From Flavobacteriales bacterium (GTDB taxonomy: Bacteria; Bacteroidota; Bacteroidia; Flavobacteriales_F; PHOS-HE28), in assembly GCA_016710965.1 (NCBI GenBank), contig JADJTW010000002.1, positions 283,299-347,298 of the forward strand: a stretch of 64,000 nucleotides of DNA. The letters are read 5' to 3'. The translations under genes were made by a program, and so were the position numbers. The notes under the pieces were generated by a model. The model searched no databases, was not told where the DNA came from, and saw only the letters and a list, made by a program, of their open reading frames with translations. Below, piece by piece: positions 40,204-49,687 of this stretch. The first letter of the stretch is position 1, and every line of letters begins with the position of its first letter.

Positions 40204-42470
40204 GGGATGATGATGAATTCCTGTCGTTTGGTGGAGCCATTGGTGCGGACCTGCATGATGTATGTGCCCGCCTTCATTCCATAGGTATCGATCTCGACGA
40301 GTTCCCCTGCACCATAGGTGAACGGCCCTGCATGCAGCCGCCCATCGGGGACGAAGATGCCCACATCGAATTCCGAATCGGTGTCCACGATGGCGAACAC
40401 CTGCGTGCTCGCCGGGTTCGGAAAGATCTGGAAGTCATCGTCCGGATCGAATTCGGAGGACAGGCGGTTGTAGGCGTAGAAGGTGGGCGTCAGGCGCCGG
40501 AATACGCCCGAGCCGTTGGGCAGGCGACCAGTGGTATAGATGGGGTACTGCGCGCCGAAGGTCACCTGGTCGATCAGAGTGGTTTCGTCATAGGCGAGCA
40601 CCACGGCCTCCCCATCGGCATCGAGCTTGAAGTTCGCATGGCGACTGCCGCCGTTCGCCCGTCCATCGGCCCATACGATCATGTACTCGCCCGGATCGAG
40701 CTGCGTGGTGGGCAGCGCCCACTTCGTCGCGTCATTCGCATCATCGCTCAGGAAGAGCCCTGCGGTGGAAAGCGCATGTCCGCTCCGGTTGTACAGTTCG
40801 ATCCAGTCGGCGGCATAACCGTCCTCATCGAGCACGGCGCCGCGGTTGTCGGCCATGAGCTCGTTGATGACGACATCGCCAGCCGCCACAGGCATGAGGA
40901 TTCGATGCAGTTCATACGCCGCCCGTTCCGGCGAGAAGGCGCCGGCCGAGTCATTCTCCGCATAGAGGTAGAATTCGATGAGGTTCGACCCCATAGTGAT
41001 CGCTGCGCCGTACACGCCGTCGCCCGCAAGGCCGTCGCCGTGAAGGCCGTCATTGAACATGGCAGTGCGTTCGAACAGCCCCTGATCATTGAAGCGGTAA
41101 GCGACGAATGCAGTGTCTGCAGAGGCAATAGCGGCCGTGATGAAGAGCTGGGCCCCAACGCTAACGTTCGCTGGCATGTGCTGCGGATCGCCGATGGCGG
41201 GCTGACCGCTGAAGCCTGGGTATGCGGCGAGGTAGGCAGCGCGCTGGTCCATCAGCTCCGTTAGCCCCGGATAAGCGATCGTGAAGCTCACCGTCGCATC
41301 AAGATTGTCCAGGAAGGCTTGATCCGTGTAGAACTTGTTGGTATCGGCCAGCACGTGCAGCTGTATCAGATCGCGCAGCTCCAACGCCCGTTCGCGATAG
41401 CTGCCGCTCACGATATTCTCGCTGATGATGGTGCGCAGGTGGGCGAGGTACATGCGCCGCCATGTGCCGTTGGCGAAGAGGTTGCGCAGGAGCGGGCGTG
41501 GGAACACCGAGGGGTTGGAGCCGTGGTGGGAAAGCGGGTCCATGGTGGCGGCCTGCGGAATGGTGAAGCCGTTCCAATAGGTGCTCGCATCCGTCAATCG
41601 GAAGCTGGCGAAGGACATGTTGAGGTCCCAGGGGATCGTGTTCCACTGCTCCCATTCGTCGTGGTAGAGGTAGTAGTTCTGCGCATAGCCCACGTAGCTG
41701 TCGAAGTTGATGATGGCGTAGTTGAAGGCATGCATCCAAAGCGCGCGGTCCACGTTCAGTTCGCTCTCGATGCTGTCGGGCTGGTTGTTCAGCACATCGA
41801 TCAAGCGCAGCAGGTCCTTCCAGCCGTGGTCGCTCTGCAATTCATACAGGTTATAGTAGGCAACGCTGTCGGTGCCGGGCGTATCGCTCAGGTTGCTGTT
41901 CTCGCCGGTAAGGTCCACCTCGGCAGGATTGCCTTTGACGAAGGTGCCGCCCTTCGACCCGAAGTGCTCCTTCACGAAATCCTTGCCCACATCCTGCACG
42001 TTGGTGTACAGGCCGATCAATGTGTCGTTCACGTACACGTCGGCGAAGCTGGTGAGCGAGGCCGGCATGTACTGTCGCGCGATCTCGTAGGCCAGGATCT
42101 CGCGCAGGAAGCTCGGGTCCTGGATCACGTTGCTCAGCTTCAGCTTGTCGTAGCCCTGATGATCCTGTCCATCGTGGACCTCATCGAGCTTGATGTTGAA
42201 GGGATTCTTCACCCTGCCGCTGGCCGACGAGCTGTAGCCCTTGTACCGGATGCCGACATCCGGAAGCAGGGTGCCGTCGATGCGCACATCGCCGATGAGC
42301 CGTTCTTCGTTGCCCGCCACCATGAGGCTGTCGAGGATGTGCTGCCAGTCGGGCTCATCGAAATAGATGCGCACCTCGTGGACCACCGAGGGATCGTACA
42401 GGTCGCTCTGGGCCCATGCTCCGAACGGGAACCAGCACGCCAACGCAAGTCCGATCGATCTTCCGGTCAT
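40200..42470 (-). CDS. CotH-kinase-family protein with lamin-tail domain and T9SS type A sorting domain
   Basis: ATG at 42470 gives signal peptide MTGRSIGLALACWFPFGAWAQ. CotH-like core. LTD 'VVINELMADNRGAVLDEDGYAADWIELYN'. C-terminal 'FQIFPNPASTQVFAIV'. The track ORF 5' extension to 42851 overlaps the neighbouring gene. Confidence 0.8.
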   Translation of the reverse strand: MTGRSIGLALACWFPFGAWAQSDLYDPSVVHEVRIYFDEPDWQHILDSLMVAGNEERLIGDVRIDGTLLPDVGIRYKGYSSSASGRVKNPFNIKLDEVHDGQDHQGYDKLKLSNVIQDPSFLREILAYEIARQYMPASLTSFADVYVNDTLIGLYTNVQDVGKDFVKEHFGSKGGTFVKGNPAEVDLTGENSNLSDTPGTDSVAYYNLYELQSDHGWKDLLRLIDVLNNQPDSIESELNVDRALWMHAFNYAIINFDSYVGYAQNYYLYHDEWEQWNTIPWDLNMSFASFRLTDASTYWNGFTIPQAATMDPLSHHGSNPSVFPRPLLRNLFANGTWRRMYLAHLRTIISENIVSGSYRERALELRDLIQLHVLADTNKFYTDQAFLDNLDATVSFTIAYPGLTELMDQRAAYLAAYPGFSGQPAIGDPQHMPANVSVGAQLFITAAIASADTAFVAYRFNDQGLFERTAMFNDGLHGDGLAGDGVYGAAITMGSNLIEFYLYAENDSAGAFSPERAAYELHRILMPVAAGDVVINELMADNRGAVLDEDGYAADWIELYNRSGHALSTAGLFLSDDANDATKWALPTTQLDPGEYMIVWADGRANGGSRHANFKLDADGEAVVLAYDETTLIDQVTFGAQYPIYTTGRLPNGSGVFRRLTPTFYAYNRLSSEFDPDDDFQIFPNPASTQVFAIVDTDSEFDVGIFVPDGRLHAGPFTYGAGELVEIDTYGMKAGTYIMQVRTNGSTKRQEFIIIP

Positions 42471-42546
42471 TCGTTCAACGTTCCCTTTCTGTTGCTGCGA
42501 AGGCACCTCGGTTATCCCAGGATGCCTTCGTGAATGTCGTTCCCGA

Positions 42547-44055
42547 TCAGCGTTGCAGCACCACTTTGCGCACTTCGCGCGCGCCATTGCTGTGTGCAAG
42601 CGCCACGTAGTACACGCCATCAGGGAGGTCGCCCATGTCCACGGTCCAGCCGGGTCGGGTGCGGCGCAGTTCACGGCCCGTGGCGTCCTGGACCACGAAG
42701 GCTTCGAGGTCGGAGACATCGACCCCCACCAAACTGATGGTGCCTTGCGATGGGTTCGGGTACACGTTGAATAAGCTCTCCTCGAACTCATCGGTGGATG
42801 TTGTGATGCCGCAAGGGTCGTTGAGCAGACTGATGATGCCAGGATGATCACAGGTGTAGCGGAATGCCTTCAGTGGACTGGCGTTGTACTGCCACACCAC
42901 CTGATTGCTGCTGTTCACTTCGTACATGTACTGCCCGCTCACCCCGCAGAACACATTGCCGTTGGGCAGCAGGTCGCCAGAGCTTTGGCCGCTGGCGGAG
43001 GCGAGGCAGGTATGGCGGAACCCGTAGGTTGCTGGCCCCCACGCGGTGCCGAGCGTCCACGGATAGTTGTAGCCCACACGTGTGGGGTTGATGGCATCCA
43101 CCGTTGAGCTGTTGGTTCCAGCCCCGCTGTTGTTGAAGAAGGAGATCCAACCATCCATGGTTCCACCTTCCACCCATTTCACATCATGCACGGCAGCGGG
43201 GATCACCTGTGTGCCGGTGATGCCGTAGTTGGCCGGCTTGCCCCAGCGGAACAGGAAATCACCGCCGCGACCGCCATTGCCACCGGTGTGCCCGGCCGCT
43301 TCGGCGGTGGTTGTGCTGTGATCGATGATGAAGATCTCGCTGAGGTAACGCGCGCTGAAGGCGATCTGGTCGAGGTCCTCGTTGTAGTCGATGCCATTCT
43401 CATGGAACCAGTCGATACCGCCTCCGGGGCCGCCACCACCCGAGATCGCCACGTTGATGTTCATGCGTTCCGGATGGTCGGCGATGACCAGGTAGTTCGG
43501 TTTGGTGGCGTCGGCGTGTTGGATGAAGCGATCGTTCATCTCCCATTGCCACACGATCTGGCCTCCGGTTCCGTTCTGTTGCACTTCGATGATGCGGCCG
43601 GGGTATTTCGCTGATGTCCCTGTGTATCCCATGGCCTGCAGCTCGGCAACGGTCTTGCGCGCATAAGCGAGCAAAAGCACATTCCCGTTCGGCATCAGGG
43701 CGATGTCATGGTGGGTCACGTAGTCGGCTGTGGAGTAGATGAAGTCCCACACAACACCGCCGGCGGGGTTGAGCTCCTGGATGCGGCCGCTCACTGCTGC
43801 AGTGTTGATGGCGTTGCCGGAATACACAGCACTGCGCACCAGATTCCCATTGGGCTTCAAGGCCATGGCGTAGCTGAAGCTGGTGGGGCAATTCCAGGTG
43901 TATGCGATCTGCTGATCGGCATTGATCAGGCGCGCCGTGGTCTGGTTGTTCAGGTTGTACAGCGCGAAGCCATCGAAGGCCTGTGCGGCGGCCAGGTACG
44001 AAAAGGACAGGGCGAGGAGCGCGAGGGCCGCGTTCCTCAGGTTCATGCGGATCAT
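42547..44055 (-). CDS. arylsulfotransferase (ASST)-like beta-propeller protein with T9SS type A sorting domain
   Basis: Signal peptide. 'ALMPNGNVLLLAY', 'WQWEMNDRFIQH', 'LLPNGNVF' ASST-like. C-terminal 'FNVYPNPSQGTISLVGVDVSDLEAFVVQDATGREL'. Confidence 0.7.
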   Translation of the reverse strand: MIRMNLRNAALALLALSFSYLAAAQAFDGFALYNLNNQTTARLINADQQIAYTWNCPTSFSYAMALKPNGNLVRSAVYSGNAINTAAVSGRIQELNPAGGVVWDFIYSTADYVTHHDIALMPNGNVLLLAYARKTVAELQAMGYTGTSAKYPGRIIEVQQNGTGGQIVWQWEMNDRFIQHADATKPNYLVIADHPERMNINVAISGGGGPGGGIDWFHENGIDYNEDLDQIAFSARYLSEIFIIDHSTTTAEAAGHTGGNGGRGGDFLFRWGKPANYGITGTQVIPAAVHDVKWVEGGTMDGWISFFNNSGAGTNSSTVDAINPTRVGYNYPWTLGTAWGPATYGFRHTCLASASGQSSGDLLPNGNVFCGVSGQYMYEVNSSNQVVWQYNASPLKAFRYTCDHPGIISLLNDPCGITTSTDEFEESLFNVYPNPSQGTISLVGVDVSDLEAFVVQDATGRELRRTRPGWTVDMGDLPDGVYYVALAHSNGAREVRKVVLQR

Positions 44056-44296
44056 TCGGAAGAGTGGTTAGGGTGGTAGTGGTTCCGGAGGCGCAGGTTA
44101 CGGCACCGTCAATTGCAGGTGAAGCAAATCTGATGAACTGCTGGACACCCCCGACGGGTAATGGTTCAATCAGTGGAAGTCACCGACGAACGATAACGGC
44201 TTTCCGATGGGGGTGAAAACTGGTAAGACCACCTCGTTCGTTCTGGCTCAGAGGCGGCTCTTGGAGCCCGGTGGCGTATTCGGGCAGCACCCTCGA

Positions 44297-44902
44297 TCAG
44301 TGCGAAGGAACGAGCGGGAAGGTGCGCACGTGATGGTCGGTGCTTGTGGCGTCGAGCTCGCGCTTCATGAGCACCACATCGCTCACACGTTGCTGTGCAC
44401 TGAAACCAAGCGGCGCCAGCATGGCCCACGCCGTGTTGAACTGGTCGGCCTTCAAGCCGGATGCGATGGTCAGCCGCGCATGCTCGGCCACATCCACGCC
44501 CAGCTTCTTTATCCGTCGGTTGCTCCGCACATGGTCCACGATGCGCTGCCGAAGCGCGGCCACGGTGCCTTTCTCGATCAGGTCGATGTAGATGGCTTTG
44601 CGATCATCGGAATGCATGAGAGACCCCAGGTTCAAGGCGAAGGGTTCGAACCCTTCCGCTCCGCGCGCCACGGCATCGGTGAGCGGGCCCTCATACTCCG
44701 GAGGCAGTTCGCTCTCGAGCAACGTGATGCCCGGCATCCGATAGGCTTCGTGGAAGTTGCCGATGCGTTCGCGCAGCAGCTGCCGCCACTCCATCACGCG
44801 CGCCGCCGCATGGCTTGCGGGATCGATCACGAGCCGGTATTGGCAGGTGTACACCAACGCATCGAAAAGCGTGAGCGCGTCGGGAGCGGACTTGCGCGGC
44901 AT
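44297..44902 (-). CDS. hypothetical protein, possibly 2H-phosphoesterase (LigT-like) fold with both H-x-T/S-x histidines substituted
   Basis: Weak pattern match 'YRLVIDPAS..EWRQ' / 'PGITLLESELP' / 'EHARLTIAS' versus LigT 'RLFFAIDLP','HLTLAFLGE','HPHITLLR'. The opposite-strand ORF 44207..45154 looks like an antisense artefact. Confidence 0.4.
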   Translation of the reverse strand: MPRKSAPDALTLFDALVYTCQYRLVIDPASHAAARVMEWRQLLRERIGNFHEAYRMPGITLLESELPPEYEGPLTDAVARGAEGFEPFALNLGSLMHSDDRKAIYIDLIEKGTVAALRQRIVDHVRSNRRIKKLGVDVAEHARLTIASGLKADQFNTAWAMLAPLGFSAQQRVSDVVLMKRELDATSTDHHVRTFPLVPSH

Positions 44903-45379
44903 GGGGACGATCGCACAAAGGAATCGCAGCGCGCAAAGCCCTCGGCCCCACCACTGGCAATTCGGCAACAGCCGATTGCGCATAAGTCCGTGGCTGGGGA
45001 TCGTCAGCCTTCCATACGGGCGTTGGCGGACATTTGCCGCATGTGGATCGCCGTCATCATCGCGCAGCTGATCATGACCGATCCCTTCCCTGCCATGCAG
45101 GTATTGATCGCCGGGCTGGGCATTATCCAGGTCATCGGGCATCGCAGCATTTGACCCGCGAAAGACGTGGTGGTCTTATGCGCATAAGCTCAAGCCGCTG
45201 TAACGACAGCCACCTCCAAAGTCCGAAGCCCATCGGCCGGCCTCGACCTTTCGCTGGGCAGAACCTACCGCGAATCGACCGACACTGCCTCTCCGTTGGC
45301 ACCCTTGCGCCTCCCCAGTGAAGGCGTAATATTGATTGGCCGTTCCTTCCCTGTGACCAGGCCCACCCCACCGCGACCC

Positions 45380-48070
45380 ATGCGCAGCACAACATTGATG
45401 TCCGTCTTCCTGGCACTGGCCGTCGGTGCCACTGCCCAAGCACCCTTCTGGCTGCCTGTAGGTGATATGCCCAGCGCGGTGATCACCCGCATGTGGGCGA
45501 ATCCCGCCGGCGACCTCTTCATGACGAGCAATTTCCCGGTGCATCGCCCCGATGGCAATGGCGGCAATCTGTTCCGGAGCGCTGATGGCGGAACGAGTTG
45601 GGCCGACATGACCGTTCCACTAGGCAACGAAGCGGTCTGGGCCTTCGCACAGCACCCGGCCACCGGTCGCATCGTCATCGCCACGCAATCGCCGCGCGAT
45701 CCACTGAGCCCGGTGGTCGCCACGCGGATCAGGTCAACCACCGATCTCGGGCAGAATTGGTCGCTCGATAACAACACGACGTTCACGGGCGACAAGCCGG
45801 TCTTCGCGCTCAGCTACGACGCAACGGGGACCTGGCTCTATGCCGCGAACAAGCAGAGCGGCGTGAAGCGCAGCAACACCAACGGAGCCACATGGACCAC
45901 GATCAACACAGGCCTCACGAACTTGTACGCGAAGGACCTGGAATGGGGCGTTGGCGGGCTCCTGTATGCATGCACCGATAGCGCTAGCGGCAATGGCGGA
46001 AAGGTCTTCAGCTATAACGGCACGAGCTGGACGGATGTGAGCGCTGGACTTCCGGGTGGCGGGATCCAGGACATCCAATACGATGCGGCAACGCTCACGA
46101 TGTACGCCGCCGTGAACAGCCTCGGCGCGGCCAACCCCGGCAGATTGTACAAGCGCGTGAACGCCGGCACCTGGACCTTGATCACCGGTTACCCTGGCTA
46201 CTCCATCGACCGGCTGATGATCGACGCAGCGGGCGTGGTGTACATGCACGCGAACCACCAAGGCGTGTATCGCTACGATGGTTCGTGGAGCACGATGAAC
46301 ACCGGGCTGGTGCCGCTCTGGGGAACGGCCTGCACGGCCGCGCCGAGCGGACTGTACACCGCTACCCGCGCCGGCCTGTACAAATGGAATAGTACGACGA
46401 ACGCTTGGGTGGCGCACCACCACATCCGCTCCCTCGCCACTCCGCTTGCGATCGCCTTCGGCCCCAGCGGCGAGATACTCGCCGGCACATTGCACGGCGT
46501 CTATCGCAGCGCCGACCATGGAGCATCATGGACGCAGGTGGCGCTAGGGGAAATGACCATCCTCGCGTTGAGCTATGATGCGCAACGGAACCAATTCCTC
46601 ACCGGCACCAATAACAACACCGCGAGCGAATGCTGGCGCAGTCCGGATGGCATCAACTGGTCGCTCGGCAACAACGGCTTCACCAGCCTGCGCGTGCTGG
46701 ACTTCGCCTACCTACCTGATGGACGCGTGATCTGCGGCACCGGCTGGCAACGACCCGTGAGCTACAGCAACGATGGCTTGAACTGGAGCGGAGGTAACGC
46801 CATGGCCATGGGCTACACCAGCGGGACCATTTCGCTCGGCCTCGCTGTGGACAACGTCGGTCGCATCTGGAGCGCGACCGAAGCGCAAGGCATTTACCGC
46901 AGCGATGACGCTGTGCCGACCCACTTCACGCACATGGGCTTCAGCGGTGGCAACACCATCGATGTGGGGATCACACCGCTGCAGGATGTCTTCGTGGCCC
47001 ACCAACTCAGTGGCAGTGCCGATGGCTATCTGTACCGTTGGCGGAACAGCAGCAACGCCTGGGTGGTGCCGAACAACATTCTGCCCGCCGGTACCGGTTT
47101 GATCGACTGCACGCTTGCGACGAACAACGCGGACATCTTCGCAGGCACACAGAACGGTTGCTATCAAAGTGCGGACACCGGCATGACCTGGACGCAGCGT
47201 GCGACGGGACTCCATCCTGGTAACCGCATCGTACAGACATTGGAGCGCGGACCAGATGGGCACTTGTACGCAGGCATCGCAGGCGGCGGGCTCTTCCGGA
47301 GCGCCGTGCCCGTCGGATCGCCGTACGTGACCGTGAGCGTAAAGGTGCTGCTCGAGGGCCCGTTCGACGGCACATTGCTGATGAACGATGCGCTGCGCAC
47401 ACTCGATCTGATCCCGACGATGGAGCCCTTCACATCAGCGCTCTTCACGCACGCTGGTGATGGCGGCGGAGAGGTGATCTCACGGAGCGTCCTGGAGACC
47501 ACGGGTGCGAACGCGATCGTGGATTGGGTGATGCTCGAGCTCCGCAGCAGCACTTCGCCCACGAGCGTGATCGCCACCCGAAGCGCGTTGCTTCAGCGCG
47601 ATGGTGATGTGGTGGAGCTGGACGGTAGTTCGCCAGTGATCATCGCTGCGGCGCCGGGCAGCTACCATGTATCGGTGCGGCATCGGAACCATCTGGGCGT
47701 GATGACCGCGAGCCCCATCACGCTATCGACCAGCGCGGTGGCCGTCGACTTCACCAACCCGGCGACCGCCACCTACGGGACACAAGCACAGAAGTCGATC
47801 GGCAGCAAGATGGTCCTTTGGGCGGGCAACACCCTGCTGGACGGCGCGGCGAGCACACTGAGATACGTGGGCGCGGGCAACGACCGCGATCCGATTCTCG
47901 TTCGCATTGGCGGAGTCGTTCCGACCAATACAGTCAACGGATATCTTCTCGAGGACGTGAACCTGGACGGCGAAGTGAAGTACATCGGTGCAGGCAACGA
48001 CCGCGATCCGATCCTGGTGAACATCGGTGGTTCAATCACCACGAACACGCGCGTGGAACAGCTGCCCTAG
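45380..48070 (+). CDS. BNR/Asp-box repeat (sortilin/Ycf48-like beta-propeller) secreted protein with dockerin-like C-terminal calcium-binding repeats
   Basis: Signal peptide MRSTTLMSVFLALAVGATAQA. Asp-boxes 'SADGGTSW','STTDLGQNWS','SNTNGATWT','SADHGASWTQ','SPDGINWS','SNDGLNWS','SADTGMTWTQ'. C-terminal 'GAGNDRDPILVRIGG..DVNLDGEVKYIGAGNDRDPILVNIGG'. Confidence 0.75.
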   Translation: MRSTTLMSVFLALAVGATAQAPFWLPVGDMPSAVITRMWANPAGDLFMTSNFPVHRPDGNGGNLFRSADGGTSWADMTVPLGNEAVWAFAQHPATGRIVIATQSPRDPLSPVVATRIRSTTDLGQNWSLDNNTTFTGDKPVFALSYDATGTWLYAANKQSGVKRSNTNGATWTTINTGLTNLYAKDLEWGVGGLLYACTDSASGNGGKVFSYNGTSWTDVSAGLPGGGIQDIQYDAATLTMYAAVNSLGAANPGRLYKRVNAGTWTLITGYPGYSIDRLMIDAAGVVYMHANHQGVYRYDGSWSTMNTGLVPLWGTACTAAPSGLYTATRAGLYKWNSTTNAWVAHHHIRSLATPLAIAFGPSGEILAGTLHGVYRSADHGASWTQVALGEMTILALSYDAQRNQFLTGTNNNTASECWRSPDGINWSLGNNGFTSLRVLDFAYLPDGRVICGTGWQRPVSYSNDGLNWSGGNAMAMGYTSGTISLGLAVDNVGRIWSATEAQGIYRSDDAVPTHFTHMGFSGGNTIDVGITPLQDVFVAHQLSGSADGYLYRWRNSSNAWVVPNNILPAGTGLIDCTLATNNADIFAGTQNGCYQSADTGMTWTQRATGLHPGNRIVQTLERGPDGHLYAGIAGGGLFRSAVPVGSPYVTVSVKVLLEGPFDGTLLMNDALRTLDLIPTMEPFTSALFTHAGDGGGEVISRSVLETTGANAIVDWVMLELRSSTSPTSVIATRSALLQRDGDVVELDGSSPVIIAAAPGSYHVSVRHRNHLGVMTASPITLSTSAVAVDFTNPATATYGTQAQKSIGSKMVLWAGNTLLDGAASTLRYVGAGNDRDPILVRIGGVVPTNTVNGYLLEDVNLDGEVKYIGAGNDRDPILVNIGGSITTNTRVEQLP

Positions 48071-48172
48071 GGAGCGGCTCGGCCGGCTGGCTCAGCATCC
48101 ATCGCTCTGATCGATCGCACTGGCTGGTCGTGTAGATTTGGCTTGAACATCCCTGCCACGAACCCACTGACC

Positions 48173-49207
48173 ATGACGCATCCGATCCACCCGCAAGGCA
48201 TAGCACGGACCCTCGTTGCCGCCCTCGCCCTGTGGGCCGCACCAACGCTCAGCGCGCAGCCCTACTCTGGCACCATCTTCATCGACCCGGATATCATCAT
48301 CGATTCCGATCCAGGGACGCTGGTCTCGGTGACCTACACTGGGCAGGGCATGGTGACGGTGTACGACCGTCGGCCGCCGGGATGGGTCACCATCAACGCC
48401 TACCTCTTCGACGTGGCGTGGAACGATGGGCTGACGAGCGTGGCCATGGTGAATCCCGAGTTCGGAAGCGCGGCCGCCGCCGCTGCAGAAGCGCAGACCT
48501 ACGCCCATGCCATCGGCAAATTGCCCACTTGCCTGCGGGTCGACGTTGACGCGATCTGGATCCACGCCGGGGTATACCCGTTCGGCGGCGGCAACAACGC
48601 CATCCTCATCCATACCGGGCAGAGCGCGCTGTACATCGCCGACGGCATCCTGGAGGAGACCTTGGTGCATGAGGCTTCGCACACCTCATTGGATGCCACG
48701 CACGCCGGTGCGGCCGGTTGGCTCGCCGCGCAGCAGGCCGACCCCAACTTCATCTCCACTTACGCGGCGGCCAACCCCACCACGGAAGACATCGCGGAGA
48801 GCTTCCTTCCGTGGATCATGGTGCGCCATCGCGCCTCGCGGATCTCCATGACCAACTACAACCTCATCACGAACACGATCCCCAACCGATTGGCCTACTT
48901 CGATGCGATGCCATGCGACTTGTACCCGATCACATCGGGTGTGGGCATGCCCGAGGCGACAGGACAGCCCGTTACCCTGCGCGTGTTCCCATCGCCGGCC
49001 AGCAGCTGGATCGAAGTACGCAGCGGCACGCCGATGCCGGAACCGGTACACCTCGATTTGATCGGCGGTGATGGACGCATCGTGCATACGGCTCGGCTGG
49101 GAAGCGGCGATCGAATTGATATCAGCGGCACGGCGCCGGGCCTGTACCATTGGCGCTGCACGGTGAACGGTACAGTTCGGGGCAGCGGCACCATTGCCGT
49201 TGAATAG
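48173..49207 (+). CDS. secreted HExxH (zincin-like) putative metallopeptidase with T9SS type A sorting domain
   Basis: Signal peptide; 'LVHEASHTSLD'; C-terminal 'LRVFPSPASSWIEVRSG...'. Confidence 0.6.
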   Translation: MTHPIHPQGIARTLVAALALWAAPTLSAQPYSGTIFIDPDIIIDSDPGTLVSVTYTGQGMVTVYDRRPPGWVTINAYLFDVAWNDGLTSVAMVNPEFGSAAAAAAEAQTYAHAIGKLPTCLRVDVDAIWIHAGVYPFGGGNNAILIHTGQSALYIADGILEETLVHEASHTSLDATHAGAAGWLAAQQADPNFISTYAAANPTTEDIAESFLPWIMVRHRASRISMTNYNLITNTIPNRLAYFDAMPCDLYPITSGVGMPEATGQPVTLRVFPSPASSWIEVRSGTPMPEPVHLDLIGGDGRIVHTARLGSGDRIDISGTAPGLYHWRCTVNGTVRGSGTIAVE

Positions 49208-49259
49208 GATGCACCGATCATCGCATACCACCCCGGCAGATACCTCGAATAGCACATCC

Positions 49260-49628
49260 ATGAGCACCAAGGAATCCAACAGCAGCATCCTGATGAAATG
49301 GGCCGCCCGCATCTCGGGCACCCTCCTCCTCACCTTCCTGCTCTTCATGCTCATCGGTCACCTCACCGGCGATGCCAATGGCGCCGAAGGCATGCGCTTC
49401 AGCGACAACATGGAGTTCATCGCCTTCCTGTTCTTCCCGGTGTGCAACATCATCGGGTTGGCGCTGGCCTACAAATGGGAGTTGTTCGGCGGCGCGATCG
49501 CCGTGGGCAGCATGCTGATCCTCTTCGTCATTCGGACCGATCTGGTGCAGACGCGCTTCCTCGCGATGGCAGTGCCAGGGCTCCTGTACGTATCGCATGG
49601 CTGGATGGCCAAGAAGGCGAAGGCCTGA
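49260..49628 (+). CDS. hypothetical multi-pass small membrane protein
   Basis: Four hydrophobic segments; start chosen at MSTKESNSS to avoid overlap with the upstream gene. Confidence 0.45.
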   Translation: MSTKESNSSILMKWAARISGTLLLTFLLFMLIGHLTGDANGAEGMRFSDNMEFIAFLFFPVCNIIGLALAYKWELFGGAIAVGSMLILFVIRTDLVQTRFLAMAVPGLLYVSHGWMAKKAKA

Positions 49629-49687
49629 TGCCACGCGAACTCCTGTGATGGCGTGATCGCCAGGTGATGGCCGCCAAAGGCCGGGTC

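Noticed and set aside
42471-42851. 5' extension of the CotH ORF (track start 42851)
   Set aside because: The extension overlaps the ASST-like gene 3' end on the same strand in another frame. The internal ATG at 42470 gives a proper signal peptide.
44207-45154. 315-aa plus-strand ORF overlapping 44297..44902 (-)
   Set aside because: R/H/G-rich translation with no domain-like segments. The minus-strand reading is more protein-like, though itself only low confidence.
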